Shown here: positions 1 through 13,100 of the stretch, piece by piece | How the letters are laid out: the number at the start of each line of letters is the position of its first letter | Position numbering within the stretch: the first letter of the stretch is position 1 | NCBI RefSeq assembly: GCF_009914755.1 | Contig: NC_060928.1 | Direction: 5' to 3' (one strand) | Source of the DNA: the human T2T-CHM13v2.0 reference genome, Homo sapiens | Length of the DNA stretch: 64,000 bases | The notes under the pieces: model-generated | Told to the model about the DNA's origin: nothing | The model's input: only the letters and a program-made list of their open reading frames with translations | The model's database searches: none | Position numbers and translations under genes: made by a program

Positions 1-599
1 GAACGTCAGCCAGTTCAAATCCAGGTAGCACAATTCACACCTCACGTCCCATTTCACAGATGGGGAAGTGGAGTCACAGAGTGGGAGGGCCTCGCTCAAG
101 GCTCTGCATCTGTTACAGAAAGCAGTGCTGCTGGAATTCAAACCTGGGTAATTTCACTTCAGAACCACATTCCTAACTGGTCCACACCGTCACCTTTGGA
201 AATAAAAACAACCCAATGTCCTCCCACAGTTAAGGATTTGCAAGTGGCTTAAGTGGGCTCATTCACTGGTCATGAACTGGGCTCCTGGTCTGGGTCCAGC
301 CACAGTGGTTGCAGCCCAGAGAGGAGTGGAGCTCAGGGCTGTGCCTGGTCTGGGCTCACCTTGCGAATTTCAGAAAGAAGCTCTAAGGGAAATGAGAGAG
401 CAAGTCACGTCTTAAGTGGGGCTTGTAAATTGACTTTTTGCTGCATCCAAGCATCCCAAAGGCATACTAAGGAAAATGATGACCTCTCTCCGCCCTTCTG
501 CATTTAGCTACAGTACATCCTTTGCAAATGGGCCCCACTGCAGGGGTCAGCCAGGTGTTGCTTCTCAGCCTGGAGGCATGCCAGAACGACTGGGGAGCT

Positions 600-735
600 G
601 CCAAAAGTGTCCCTCCCTGGACCATTCCAGACCAAATGAATGGAGTCTCCTGGCGGGGGACCCCAGCAATGCTATCTTTTAAAGCATACCCCTCCCAGGT
701 GGTTCTAACGTGCAACCAGGGCTGAGAATCACTGG
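600..735. mobile_element. MER5A-like hAT-Charlie MITE fragment
   Basis: Ends with ...ctcccaggtggttctaacgtgcaaccagggctgagaatcactg, typical of a MER5A terminus. Confidence 0.6.
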
Positions 736-1619
736 TCCAGACTGCATTCCTCTGCACAGATGGGGAAACTGAGACCCGGAGGAGTCAAAGGGCTTGCCCA
801 AGTCTCGGTGCTTCTCAAGAGAACTTGCTGCTATGGCTCCTGGTTGGGACAGACGTGGCTCCCTCTTTCCCAGGTGGGACATTGCTAGTGAGCGGTAGCG
901 GGGAATGCTGGGGTGTGGGGGCAACGTCAGATCGCAGGACTCCTCTCTCATTCAGGGCCCCTGGCTGTGCCATTTCCGGAGCTGAATGTATTCAGGGGCC
1001 TGTTTCCAGTTCAGAGGAGCCCCAGGCTTGAGGGTTGGCAGACCCAATGCCCGATTTCCATGGCTACCACAGCTCAGGAAGGTTCTAGAAGTCTGGATGA
1101 ACTGGCGTGGAGTGTGTATCACCTTCCAGGTGACACATTAGATCTTCTTTCACTCACTCCCTGTAGGCAGTGGACTGAGGCAGGGGCAGGTGGGGGTGGG
1201 GGGCACACCCTTTCCTAAAGGGGACTCACCTGCCTCATGCCTCAGCAGCCCCACAGAGACCGTGCAGGAGGCCATGTCGAGGACGTCTCCCAGGAAGGTT
1301 TCCCTGAGCAGCTATCAGCTGAAGCATGGGTGGAGAGGATAGCTGCTGTCTCCAGAATCTCCCTTCCAATGCAACCACCCTGACCCCAAGGCATTAACCC
1401 CAGGTCAGCAAACGCCACACTGAGACACTGAGTAGTCAGGCCTTTGCGAGGCTGGCTGCTGCAAATAAGAATTGGTGCCTACTGGGCCCTGGAGGGACCA
1501 CACCAGCTGAAACCGCTGCCATGGCAGACAAGAAAATGCTCTCTTGCTGAGCTCCCACAAAGCCCATGGGAGAAGACGCTTCACCAGAATCAACTCTGAA
1601 ATAGGGGTTTCTTCGGGCA

Positions 1620-1960
1620 CAGGTGGCCCTCCCTATCCATGGGTTCCACATCCATCGATTCAACCAACCAGGGATTGAAAATACTCAAAGAAAACTTAGT
1701 CTGTGTTCAACACGCACAGACTTTTCTTGTCATCATTCCCTCAACAACACAGTATGACAACTACTTATAGAGCATTTACATTGTATTAGGTATTATAGTA
1801 ATTATAAGTATTTTAAGTAATAGAGATGATTTACAGCACACACTGTGTAGGTTATATGCAAATGCCGTGCCATTTCCTAACAAGGACTTGAGCATCCTCA
1901 GATGTGGGTCTCCTTAGGAGGTCCTGGAAACAATGCTGCACAGATACCGGGGATAACTCT
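1620..1960. mobile_element. MER2-like TcMar-Tigger DNA transposon
   Basis: caggtggccctccctatccatgggttccacatcc...catttacattgtattaggtattata...ggacttgagcatcc resembles the MER2 consensus. Confidence 0.75.
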
Positions 1961-2224
1961 ATGTGCATTAGTGTTTGTTGCATAGCAATTGGGAGCTCAG
2001 GCTCTGGAACGAGACTGCCAGGTTCAAATCCCACCTCTGCCACTCACTAGCTGTGAGATCTGTTTTTACATCTGTGAGGAGGGTATGACAGTCATGTCTA
2101 CTTTGGAGCTGGCTGTGATGATGAAGTGAGTTGAGGTGTGCGCCTGGTGCCTATAACAGGGCCTGGAACATGGCAGGTACCTACTTCATGCTGGTTGTGA
2201 TGATTGTCTCAGCATGGAGGATGA

Positions 2225-2638
<414 letters not shown>

Positions 2639-4879
2639 TGAGCTCCGAGGGGTACTAGATTTTGGTCTCACTGGTCAGGGCAGAATGGCTGAGCCCATGG
2701 GAAGCCTCGGGTTGTACGATGCTTCCAGGAGTGGCAGTGGACAGTCACCCTCATGCTGAAGAACTCTGACCACAGCTGGGATTTCTCTGGGATGTGGCCT
2801 GCTTATCTGAGTGACCTGAGACCTTGATACCTGAGCAAGCAGCTGGTCCAGGAAGAGCCAGGCAATGTCCCAGGAGCAGTTCCAGCTCCCCATCCATTGC
2901 TGGGCCCTTCCACACTGAGGGAGGATCCCAGGGGATGACAGGTGTCCGGTGGGGATGTGCGGTTGCCTGTGATAGGCTTGATGATGTGTCATCCTCCTGG
3001 GCTCCCTGACAGACTCTTCAATAAATCTGCATTGCTCAGTCCTGCCGTGCAAGTGGATTCTGTTCAGGAACTCAGAAAGAAGCCAAGAGCTGCCTCCCAG
3101 TCAGGCGGTGGGCTGGGGGAGGAGCCTGAGGCCCTGGGACAAATGGCCTCCAGGATATATATACACACATGCGTGTCTGCATATGTAGACGGTGGCACAT
3201 GTTATGTGCACATATAGGGGAAGGGATGAATGCCGTGAGACAGTGCAGATAAAGTAACAGAATGCAAAGTTAGAGTTGGCTTCCAGCTGACAGACCCTGC
3301 CAGCATCAAAAAGCAGGAGGGCTTCGATGTGGGGAAAGCTTCCAGGGAGGCTCAGGGGTGGGGAGATGCTGAGTGTGTTTCGGGAGGAGCCACCGGGTGG
3401 GTAAGTTGGCAGGCAGAGCTGGAGAGAGGAGGAGGAGGGGACACTCGAGAGGGTGGAAAGCTTCCATGCAAAGGTAGAGAGTTTGGATTTTACCCTGCAG
3501 ATAAGAGTGGGTGGATATAAGAAGTATTTTTGCACACAGGAGTGATATAAAAAGTGCTGCCTTTCTAAAGAAAGAGCAGTCTGACGGCCGGTGCTGGGAG
3601 GTGAGGAAATGGGGCCAGGGAAAGCTGTGATAAGGGTGTGGCCAGAGGCTGCCTGTGAAGGCAGAGAAGGCTCAGCTACTGCATCAGGCACAAAAAGCAG
3701 CAGAGTGTCTCTCTGATCCCATTTGGAAAAAAGCCCCCGAAGGAACCTAATAACTAGGAACAGCAGCCCCCTGCTCTGCCCCCAGTATGCTGGTTTCTGG
3801 TCAAGCAGGAAAGTGATGAGAGCCCAGAGGAGATACACACTTGAGAGATCCCAGGGTGGCTGCCTCAGCTCAGATCCCAGTGGCTGGAAGACAAGCCTGC
3901 AGGGTGGAGGCTGTCAGAGCCCAGAGCACAGGGACCACATGCAGGGAAAGCTAATCCCAGAGTGGTGGGCCGGGGCCCACTGCGATGCACGTGACAGTGA
4001 TGCACGGGGACAGAGGATGGGCCCTCCCATCTCCTCAGAATCCCAGGAGGTGTGTCTTTCAAAACAACTGCCTGAAAAGATGCAAACCTTAAGTCCGTGT
4101 TTCCTACACAATGAAAAACAAATAACCTTGTGGGTCGGGTAACTCATACCTGGCCCTCTACTGCACAGTAGTCAGCTTTCACTGACTTGGTCCAATTTGT
4201 CACTTACTTATCGAACACCTTCTAGGTGCTGGGCCCTGCATCAGGTGTTGGGGCTATGCTGGGAAATAAGACAGAGTCCTTGGGGGAATTGGACCCACGG
4301 GAAGGGGCAGGCGTGGCATGCAATGGGTGACTCTGCAGAAGAGGGCTTCGGGGAGAGTGCCTTGCTTGTAAACTGCCTATCTAACCATCTCACCTGTAGA
4401 TGGTAAGCACCATGAGGGCAGGAGAAGGATTGTCCTCCTGTCCCCTCCAGCTCCTGCATCCATGGCAGTGCCCAGCCTGCAGCGGCCCTCGTGGCATGCT
4501 CATCAAATGGGCAGATGGATGCCAGACTCTAGGGTGGGAAAGGACCCAGGGAGTTTGCTGGACTCCAGCCTCCTGGCTCCAAGTAACACACAACTCATGG
4601 TCTCCTCATCAGCTCTCTCTCCTCCCAACCCTGCCCCATGGCTCTGAGAGACCTTTGAAAGGCAGGAGCCTAGACCTTCACCTCACCCCAGCTTCTCTCC
4701 CAGCTGCCCTAAACTGTCATTAGTAATCATCATTCTAAACATTTTGACAGCACTTCAGCATTCACAATCCACTTTTCACACATTTTCTCCTTGGGAGCCC
4801 AAAGAAACTCTAAGGAGGGACACAGAATGAACTTTCCCGGAGTAGACGCGATTTTCCCTGTTCCAGGAGGGAAAGGGAC

Positions 4880-5058
4880 CTGACATTTTGCACGTGTAAT
4901 TAACTTAATTATCTCAGCAACAATGCAAGGGAGCGATTATAATCCCTGTTTTACAGATGAGAAACTGATATTCAGGGAGGTTACAAATGTGGCCGAAGGA
5001 TCGCAGCTAAAGGGTGGTAGAGTTGGGATTCGAACCTGTTTCTGACTCCAAGTCCAGT
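4880..5058. mobile_element. MIR SINE (overlaps the miR-378d mature sequence)
   Basis: Core ttttacagatgagaaactga...gggattcgaacctgtttctgactcca. Confidence 0.8.
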
Positions 5059-5088
5059 AATAACAACAAGAACAAGGACAGAAACAGT
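5035..5088 (-). ncRNA. MIR378D1: MIR378D1 (hsa-mir-378d-1) stem-loop; mature ACUGGACUUGGAGUCAGAAA at 5058-5039
   Basis: Minus strand reads ACTGTTTCTGTCCTTGTTCTTGTTGTTATTACTGGACTTGGAGTCAGAAACAGG; terminal CTGTTTCTG/CAGAAACAG stem; 20-mer equals the recalled miR-378d sequence. Confidence 0.85.
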
Positions 5089-5497
5089 GATGGCAATGAG
5101 CCCTGAGTGTGAACTCTGGACCAAGCGCAGAGCCCACATGTGCTACTAATTGTGTTCATTGCTAACAAGGGGAAGGGGGATGCGGATTAGATAGACTCAG
5201 GGAGGAGGCTTTTGTGGCAGGGGCGGCTGGGGACAGGTGTGCATTAGTGCCTGCCTGGACCCCACCCCACCAGCACAGGTGCAAGCAGATGGAGAGAATG
5301 ATAGAAAGGAGGCAGAACCCACAGGGCTGGGCGAGGGATCGGGGGTAGGGATGGAGGGGAGAAGGCTGGCCTGGTGCCAGGCATGATCCATCAGTAGGGA
5401 ATGTGGGAGGCTGTGTGGTCACTCCTAACCCAGCCCCTCCCACAAATTTCCTTCCAATGGCTCCGGCCTGTAGACTTAGGCCACACACATTGAGAGT

Positions 5498-6045
5498 TGT
5501 CATGGTTAATATTGAGTGTCAACTTGATTGGGTTGAAGGATGCAAAGTATTGTTCCTGGGTGTGTCTGTGAGGGTGTTGCCAAAGGAGATTAACATTTGA
5601 GTCAGTGGGCTGGGAGAGGCAGACCTACCCTCCATCTGGGTGGGCACCATCTGATCAGCTGCCAGCGTCACTAGAATAAAGCAGGCAGGAGAAGATGGAA
5701 GAGCAGACTTGCTGAGTCTTCCAGCCTTCATCTTTCTCCCATGCTGGATGCTTCCCGCTCCTGAACATTAGGCTCCAAGTTCTTCAGCTTTTGGACTCTG
5801 GGACCTACACCAGTGGTTTGCCAGGGGCTCTCGGGCCTTGGGCCACAGATTGAAGTCTGCACTGTCAGCTTCCCTGCTTTTGAGGTTTTGGGACTCAGAC
5901 TGGCTTCCTGGCTCCTCAGTTTGTAGATGGCCTATTGTGGGTCTTCACCTTCTAATCATGTAAGTCAATACTCCTTAATAAACTCCCCTTCATATATGCG
6001 TCTATCCTATTATTTCTGTCCCTTTAGAGAACCCTGACTAATACA
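5498..6045 (+). mobile_element. MLT2A solo LTR (ERVL)
   Basis: Starts tgtcatggttaatattgagtgtcaacttgattgg, ends gagaaccctgactaataca; AATAAA near 5977; 5-bp TSD agagt/agagc. Confidence 0.9.
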
Positions 6046-7914
6046 AGAGCCAAGAGTCAAATGGAAACCAAAATAGTCGATTTCTGATTAAACTGCAGGA
6101 GCTGATGGCTTAGGTTTGAGGCCAAAAGTGGGGGCTCCTGGACCCTCCCCACATCCAGCCCTGGAGGCCTATCTTAGGGAGAACTGGGACAGGCACAGCA
6201 CATTCCCAGCCTGCCCCACACCCAGGGCCAGCAGGAGCAGAGAGCAGGAAAGGCCAGACGGTTTGTTGGAGGCTGAGCAAGGGTAGAGAAACCTCCTGGC
6301 CTGGCCCCGAGCATGAGCCGCTGTGAACCGTCAATCCCTGGCTACAGGGCCCTCAGTGCTGAGGACCCAGGGCGGGCCTGGAGCAGCAGCCCAGGTCTTC
6401 TGCCATCAGAGTGGCTGGCCGCCTCTCTCGGGGAGGAAGGAGGAGGGACTCCTGGGCTGGGAACCGAGATCAAGTTCCACGTGGATGTGGGGAGAGGGGT
6501 ATCCACTTGCACAATATGAAGCGGCTTTATAGAGGAAGATGCCAAGTCCAGCTGTAGCTCTTTCAGTTGCCCATGGAACATCCCAGTGGGAACAGGAAGG
6601 TGCATTATTACAGAACAGCAGGTCAGAGGGTCCGGAGCTTAGCAGGGAGGTCCCAGTGGCCGCCAGGTGCCAGGGCAAGGGTGGAACCCTGGGAAGGAGC
6701 ACTTGGGTGGCAGGTGTGCAGCTCAGGAGGAAGCCTGGGAATTCCCTGGCCAGGAAGGGGAGTGGGAGAGGTTTGGGGGGTGGGGCAGGAGGTTCTCAGT
6801 GGTGGCCATGTACCAGGTAGGAGAGGACCAGGAAGCTGCTTTTGGGTTTGCCAAGATGTTGGTCTGGGCCACTTGGGTTGGGAGGGAGAGGCCAGCAGAG
6901 GGAGTGGAGACAGACTTCACTGAGTGGGGAAGAGAAGGGACCAGCTGATGGAGGGCCTTCTGAGATGGGCAGAGGGAAGGGATATGGCGCTCGGCAAGGG
7001 GAGACCCGCAACCCCTGAAGCAGCAAGGAGGTGTGGTGGGGGGTGGGCTCTAGTGGGGAGGGCTGTTGGGGGACCCCCAGGCCGCTGGATCCCCAACTCT
7101 CTTTGCAAAGGACCATTCCAGGCAGGGAGGCATGGGGAGCCCTGAAGCTTGTGTGGGAACTGGTGACCGTACATTCCGCAGCATGAGAACTAGAAAGATA
7201 AACTTGAGGCAAGGCCAGAGGGCCTCAGGACCGATGGTCACCCTGTTGGGAGGACGGTACCAGTGGACAAGGACTGGCAGAAACAGCCAGCCTGGCCCCG
7301 GGAAACGCAGAGAGGAGGATGGCTGTGTCCCATGAGCAGATCCTGTCCTTTCACCAAGCATAACACTGGGTTTCTATGGCAACCTGCCTCTCCCACCAAT
7401 GTGAGCTTCCACCCAGCACTGCCTGAGCACGGCCCTGTGGTCACAGAAATGCCCAGACATGGCCCTGGCCTTGGGGGGCCCACAGTCTGGTAGGCGAGAT
7501 AAACACCTACACCAGGGTTTGGGAGCGAGGACCAGGGTTGGGGAAGCACTGAGCCAGGCCTGGGACCCACCCTTGGCAGCGGGGGATGAGCTGGAGTTCA
7601 CCAGGTGATGGAAGTTGGGAAGGGGGTCTTAAGGACTGGAGAGGGCTGGGAGGAGATGCAGACCCAGGGCAAGATCTCAGCAATGCAGAGAAACCTGAGG
7701 CCTCACAGGGAAGGCTGTGACTGTAGGCAGAGAGGGGTTCCTGTGGAGATCGGCAGCTGAGTCTGCCATGCAGAAGGCGGAGCCACGCACAGATCCATGC
7801 GGACGACACGATAGCTGGAAGGAGGGGCTCCAGGGAGTTTTCCTTTCGCCCAACGTGTCTTTCAATAAGGTTTAGATTTTTATAATGAGCCCCTATTAAT
7901 CTGGTGACCTAAAC

Positions 7915-8395
7915 ACTCATAATAGTCAAAAAATGGAGACAACCAAAATGTTCATCAGCAGGTGAATGGATAACCTAAATATGGCCCATCTATCCAGGGG
8001 AACATTATTTAGCCACGAGAAGGAATGACGTGCTATCACCTGCTACGGCGGAGGCTGACCTTGAAAATGGGACGCTAGGTGAAAGGAAACAGACACGAAG
8101 GCCACGTGGTGCATGATTCTCTTCCCACGAAGGGCCCAGAGCAGACAGACCCACAGGGACGGAAAGTGGACCGCCGGATGTCAGTTACCCCAGAGCGTGG
8201 AGGGAACAGACAGGGACTGCCTAAAGGGCCTAAAGGGGACAGTGTTCCTTTTTAGGACGATGAAAACGTTCTGAAATTAGTGGTGATGGTGGCACAACAT
8301 TGTGAAGGCACTAAAAGCCACAAATTGTGCACTTTAACGTGGCTCAAATGGTGAATTTTACATCATGTGAATTTTGCCTCAATTTTTTTTTTTTA
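7915..8395 (+). mobile_element. Old L1 (L1MB/L1ME-like) 3' end
   Basis: aaatggagacaaccaaaatgttcatcagcaggtgaatggataa...aatggtgaattttacatcatgtgaattt. Confidence 0.8.
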
Positions 8396-9199
8396 AAGGG
8401 CAGATGACCCAGCACAGTACCTGTGTCCCCGGGCCCACAGACCATATTTTCTAAGCCAAATGACAAGCGCAATAAAGTGGTGGAAATAAACCAGGCTGTA
8501 AGTTCAAAAGCAGCGCCCAGGCCCACCCTGCCTGCATGACCACTCATCCTTCCAGCTGTTTCCCACACAAACAGGAAACCTGAACTCTGGCCCGAGGGGG
8601 AACCAAAGTGGCTCTGCGGCTCATCCATATTCATTCATTCACTGACCATTCATCCGATCAGTACATATTTTATGACTGCTTTCCGTGTGCCCATGTTTCT
8701 GGTGAAATATATAGAAGTTCCTGCTCTTATGGTGCTTACTGTGGAAGGGGAAGACAGACAGGGAGTGTTCTGGTGAAATGCGTGGAAATTCCTGCTTTTA
8801 CGATGCCCACTGTGGAAGGGGAAGATAGGGAGCAGATGCATGCTTGTCAGATGGTGGTGACCACAAAGCAGGAGATGGAGGTGGCAGAGAATGTCTGGCG
8901 GTGCAGTCTCCCCTGGAGCCAGCTGTGCCTGGAGGCCAAAGGACAGGCCATGGAAGAGACACTGTGGAATCAGGGCTCAGAAGCAGGTCTTATGGCAACA
9001 GCTCAGAGGGTCATGTGTGCAAAGCCTCCAGGCCTTGCTCCTTTTCCAGCCCATCTCTGACACTGACCGCTCCCCACTCCAACCACACTCAACTCCCTCC
9101 AGTCTTTCTAACCTCTCCCCCAAGCCCCTTTGTTTCCCCTGCCTGGAGCTTACTCTCTTGCTTTCTGTCTCTGCCCTCTGCTTGACGACTCCTATCCAG

Positions 9200-9587
9200 T
9201 GATATGGCTTGGCTCTGTGTCCTCACCCAAATCTCATCTCAAATTGTAAACCCCATGTGTTGAGGGAGGGACCTAGTAGGAGGTGATTAGATCATGGGGG
9301 AGGTTCCCCCATGCTGTTCTGGTGATAGTGAGGGAGTTCTCATGAGATCTGATGGTTTGAAAGTGGGAGTTTACCCTGCTCTCCCTCTGTCTCTCTCTCT
9401 CTGTCTTTCTTTCTCTCCTACAGCCATGTTAGATGTGCCTTCTTCCCCTTCTCCTTCTGCCACGATTGTAAGTTTCCTGAGGCCTCCCCAGCCATGCAGA
9501 ACTATGAGTCAATTAAACCTCTTTCCTTTATAAGTTACCCAGTCTCAGGTAGTACCTTTAACAGCAGTGTGAGAACAGACTAATACA
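9200..9587 (+). mobile_element. THE1 (THE1D-like) MaLR solo LTR
   Basis: tgatatggcttggctctgtgtcctcacccaaatctcatc...gtgagaacagactaataca termini. Confidence 0.88.
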
Positions 9588-10106
9588 CCCATTCTTCATG
9601 CTTCAGCTCAGACATGGCCTCCTCCAGGAAACCTTCCCCAAATGCACTGCCAATCCCCTCCCCAACACCTGCCTGGGTCCCTCCCCTGGGGTCCCAGAAC
9701 CCCCATGTGCCCTGCCACTGATGTGTCCTGAGTTGACAAGCTCCACCGCACAGGAGGCCTGCCTCACTCGCCTGAGTACCAGTTACAGCTTCCTGCAGGC
9801 CTCTGCAAATACGGAGCTCACATTAATGCGTGGAACTTGCAATATATTAAGGAACATAATGTTTATGGTCCTCTATAAAGGGTAAATGTTCATAATACAC
9901 CTGAAAATTTAATTCAGATAGAGCTCATTAAGGCAAAAATAAAAATCTTTCACAAAATTACTCGGAAACAGTATCCATTTTCTATTCACTGAGTGTCTGC
10001 CATACTCAGGATCCTGGAATACAAACTGCAAGGTAATCTTATAAGGTCAAAGGCAAAAACTGTAAACAAAACCTTTCATGGGCTAGCTCTTGCTCTTCCC
10101 CTCTCA

Positions 10107-10161
10107 TACACACACACACACATACACACACACACACACATACACACACACACACACACAC
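10107..10161. repeat. (CA)n microsatellite with TA interruptions
   Basis: Read directly from the sequence. Confidence 0.95.
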
Positions 10162-13100
10162 CCTGAAGATACCTCGGACAGCAGCAGCTGGGTTCCAGGT
10201 CACCAAGGGAGTTCGTGGAGCAGATGATGAAAGACCTTTGTTTGTTCTGACCAAGTGCTTATGGAAACCAGGAGGCAGATCTGTGTGCTGACAGGGACGG
10301 GCACGGAGAAGTCGTGATTTCCCATGAGGCTCTGGAGGAAGGACGAGCACCGGGATGAGCTGAAGGCATGAACACCCTGCATGCTTCCCGGTGATAAAAC
10401 ATCTCCCTGGGGCCAGAAGGCATTCTACTGCAGATGGCACCTTCTCCTGTCACTTCCAAAGATGCAGTGACTTCCGGCATACAGACACAATTCCTAACAG
10501 GGGAACCTCCAAATGAACATGTCAAACGCTTTTTTAAAAACTTTCTTGTTTTTCCCTACTAGAGATGTTTTAGGTATGCCTTAGAGATATTTGGTGAAAG
10601 AGATAAAAACAAAAAATAAGTCAACCTTCCCAGTGTTTTGTGTGCTTTCAACAAAATTGAGATAATAACATTTCTGGGGGGTTTTGACTTTGCATTAAAA
10701 GATTTCCCCAAAGCATCATCTTTGTAGCAGTGATTGCTAACAACTGCATCATTGTCCCACTCATCATTGCATAGCTACCTCCTAACACTGTCCCTGATAC
10801 CCACAGTAGGCATTCAATAAAAATGTGCTGAACAAATGTGAAAAGGCCACTATTTCATGGAGTGAATATATCATTTCCTCATCCATTTCCAGGCAGTTGG
10901 ACATTCAGATTGTTTCTAAGAACGCACTATTATAAATCATAGCACGATAAATCCCGCAATTGGTTATATCTGTGTCTCAGTGACCAACCAAGAACCCCCA
11001 GAGCGGCTAGTACCAGTCAGTTTTCAAAGGTGTGAATATTTTTCAGGCTCTGATGCGCCTGTCAGCAGACGTTTTTTTGAAGCCCATATCTGCATCGGTT
11101 TGAAGGCGGGAAGTTATGTAAATATTCCTTTATCCCAAACCCAACAACCAAGGTAGCCAGAATTTACATTTTGTTTTGCAAAAGCGAGCACATTCTTCTT
11201 TAGGAATAACATTTCCTTGACTTTTATGCTCAATATGAAATACGCACTTTTATAAACCCAAGAGAACTGACTCTGAAGTGAATTGTGTTTTAATAACAGG
11301 GACTTGTGCTGGAAACAAAAGGACAGAAGGAAAGGGGAAAGGAAATTTACAATTTACTTCTTATAAGCAGAAAGAATAAAAGTGAGAAACTCCAGGAAAT
11401 GTAGTTTTTCTGAATGAAGCATGCCCTGAGTAAATGCAGTGGCAGTAAACTCCAGGCTGCCCAGCGCTCTGTGAGCGCTAGCCCTAAAAGGCACTTGTGA
11501 AATTCCCCATCTGTGTGCACCACCATATAAATAGGAGAGAGTCAGAAGTTCAAGTGCTTGGTCCAATTATCTCATTCTGCAATGATCTAATAAAGGGCAA
11601 TTAAGTGTTGAAGATGCTAGACCATTAAGCTGTGTTGTGACAATAACCAGCTTTAAATATTAGCTACCCCGCAGTAAGCAAATTTTATTGGGCTCTACTA
11701 GAGATGCCAAGTTAGAGGTGGCTTTTACTTGATAGGTTTATGCCCTCGTGAATGTATTTGGCCTTTAAATTGTGCGCCTGTGTCTAACAGGACGCAGGTG
11801 ATACTTCTAGGCATGATGACAACCAGGTGTTGATAGAGAAAACATTGGGCTCATGAAAGAGGCTGCTCTGTATGGTGGGGAGTGTGGGTGTGCAGCACTG
11901 AGAATCGGGGAGCCTGGACTCAGTGTCCTGTGGCTGCCTTCCCATTGACGTCTCTCTAGGCCTCAGATTCCTGTTCTGTTCAATGAGGATGTTAGATTGG
12001 ATGGTCTCTGGGCACCTTCCATTTCTTTGGAAAATAGCAACCAATTATAAGAGGTAACATTACCTACTGACTGTCTTTATGTGTCAGGTGCTATTTGGAC
12101 AGCTCTATAGGGATTAACCCTGACTTCCGGCCCCCATCCTTGCTTGACTTCCTATCCCCGCAGGCTGACTCTACCTTCTGGTATTTGCTCAATCCACCAC
12201 CAGACTTTTTTGAACCCCTTTCTTATGTTCAGCTGACCACTTCATAAAGTTGCTAGAAGAATCAAAGTGTTCAGGTTTTGTGAATCTTGAAACACTAGAC
12301 AGTTTTAACAACTTTAATCCATGTGTCTGAGCAGTGCCTCCCGTGTCTCACTGTGGGCGTGTGTGCAGCAGCTCTGCATAGAGCGGGCATGAAGCAAGTG
12401 CCTCTGGGGCCCCGCCCGCCCTGGGTGGGTCTGCTCATCACCCTCTGGCTCTCTCCAGAGCCGGATCCCCCTCCATGAGTGAACATATGTGTTACAGTTT
12501 ACAGTGTTGCACTCAACTCCAGTGTGCGTCTCCCCTGGGAGCACGTGAGCACCATGAAGGCAGGGACCATGCTTAGATTCACCTCTGCTGTCCATGATGC
12601 CCAGCATGGGCCTGGCAGGTACTCCTCAAAATGTTGAAAGACCTAAGTGGAAGAAGAGTGCTGGGAAGCGGAGAGGCAAAGGGGTAACGGGATAAAGAAG
12701 GAAAGAAGGGAGGGACAGTCCCGGCCAGGAGTGCACAAACGCCTCGTGCATAAATGAGCAAACAGTTCAGGTCCAGCTGGCAAAGCTCACATGAAAGTGG
12801 GAGAGCCTAAATCTGTCCCAGTGAGACTAGGATGAAAGAGCCATGTCCCGGATCCTGCAGGTCACTGGAATCCAACTCTGTCAGGCCCAGCTGAAAAGGA
12901 ACTCGCCAAGACTGGGGCTGAGCTGAAAACAGCCCCTGCAAAGAGTCCCTGCAGACTCAAAGTCCAGGCTACTTGGCTGGTGTGTTCCCATGACCTCAGG
13001 GGTTTGTATTCAGGGCAAAGGAAAGAGAACCAAGAGGCGGCCCCCAAACACTGATGCACAGTGCAAGGGACACCTAGTAAGTATCAGTTAGGGAATCTAG

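Noticed and set aside
3101-3838. 245-aa minus-strand ORF
   Set aside because: Low-complexity L/S/P-rich translation of purine-rich and L2-like DNA; no recognisable domain; ORFs of this length are expected by chance in GC-rich human DNA
12584-12604. REST/RE1-like gctgtccatgatgc
   Set aside because: Only one half-site matches well and the GGTGCTGA half is broken; lies in an L2 fragment
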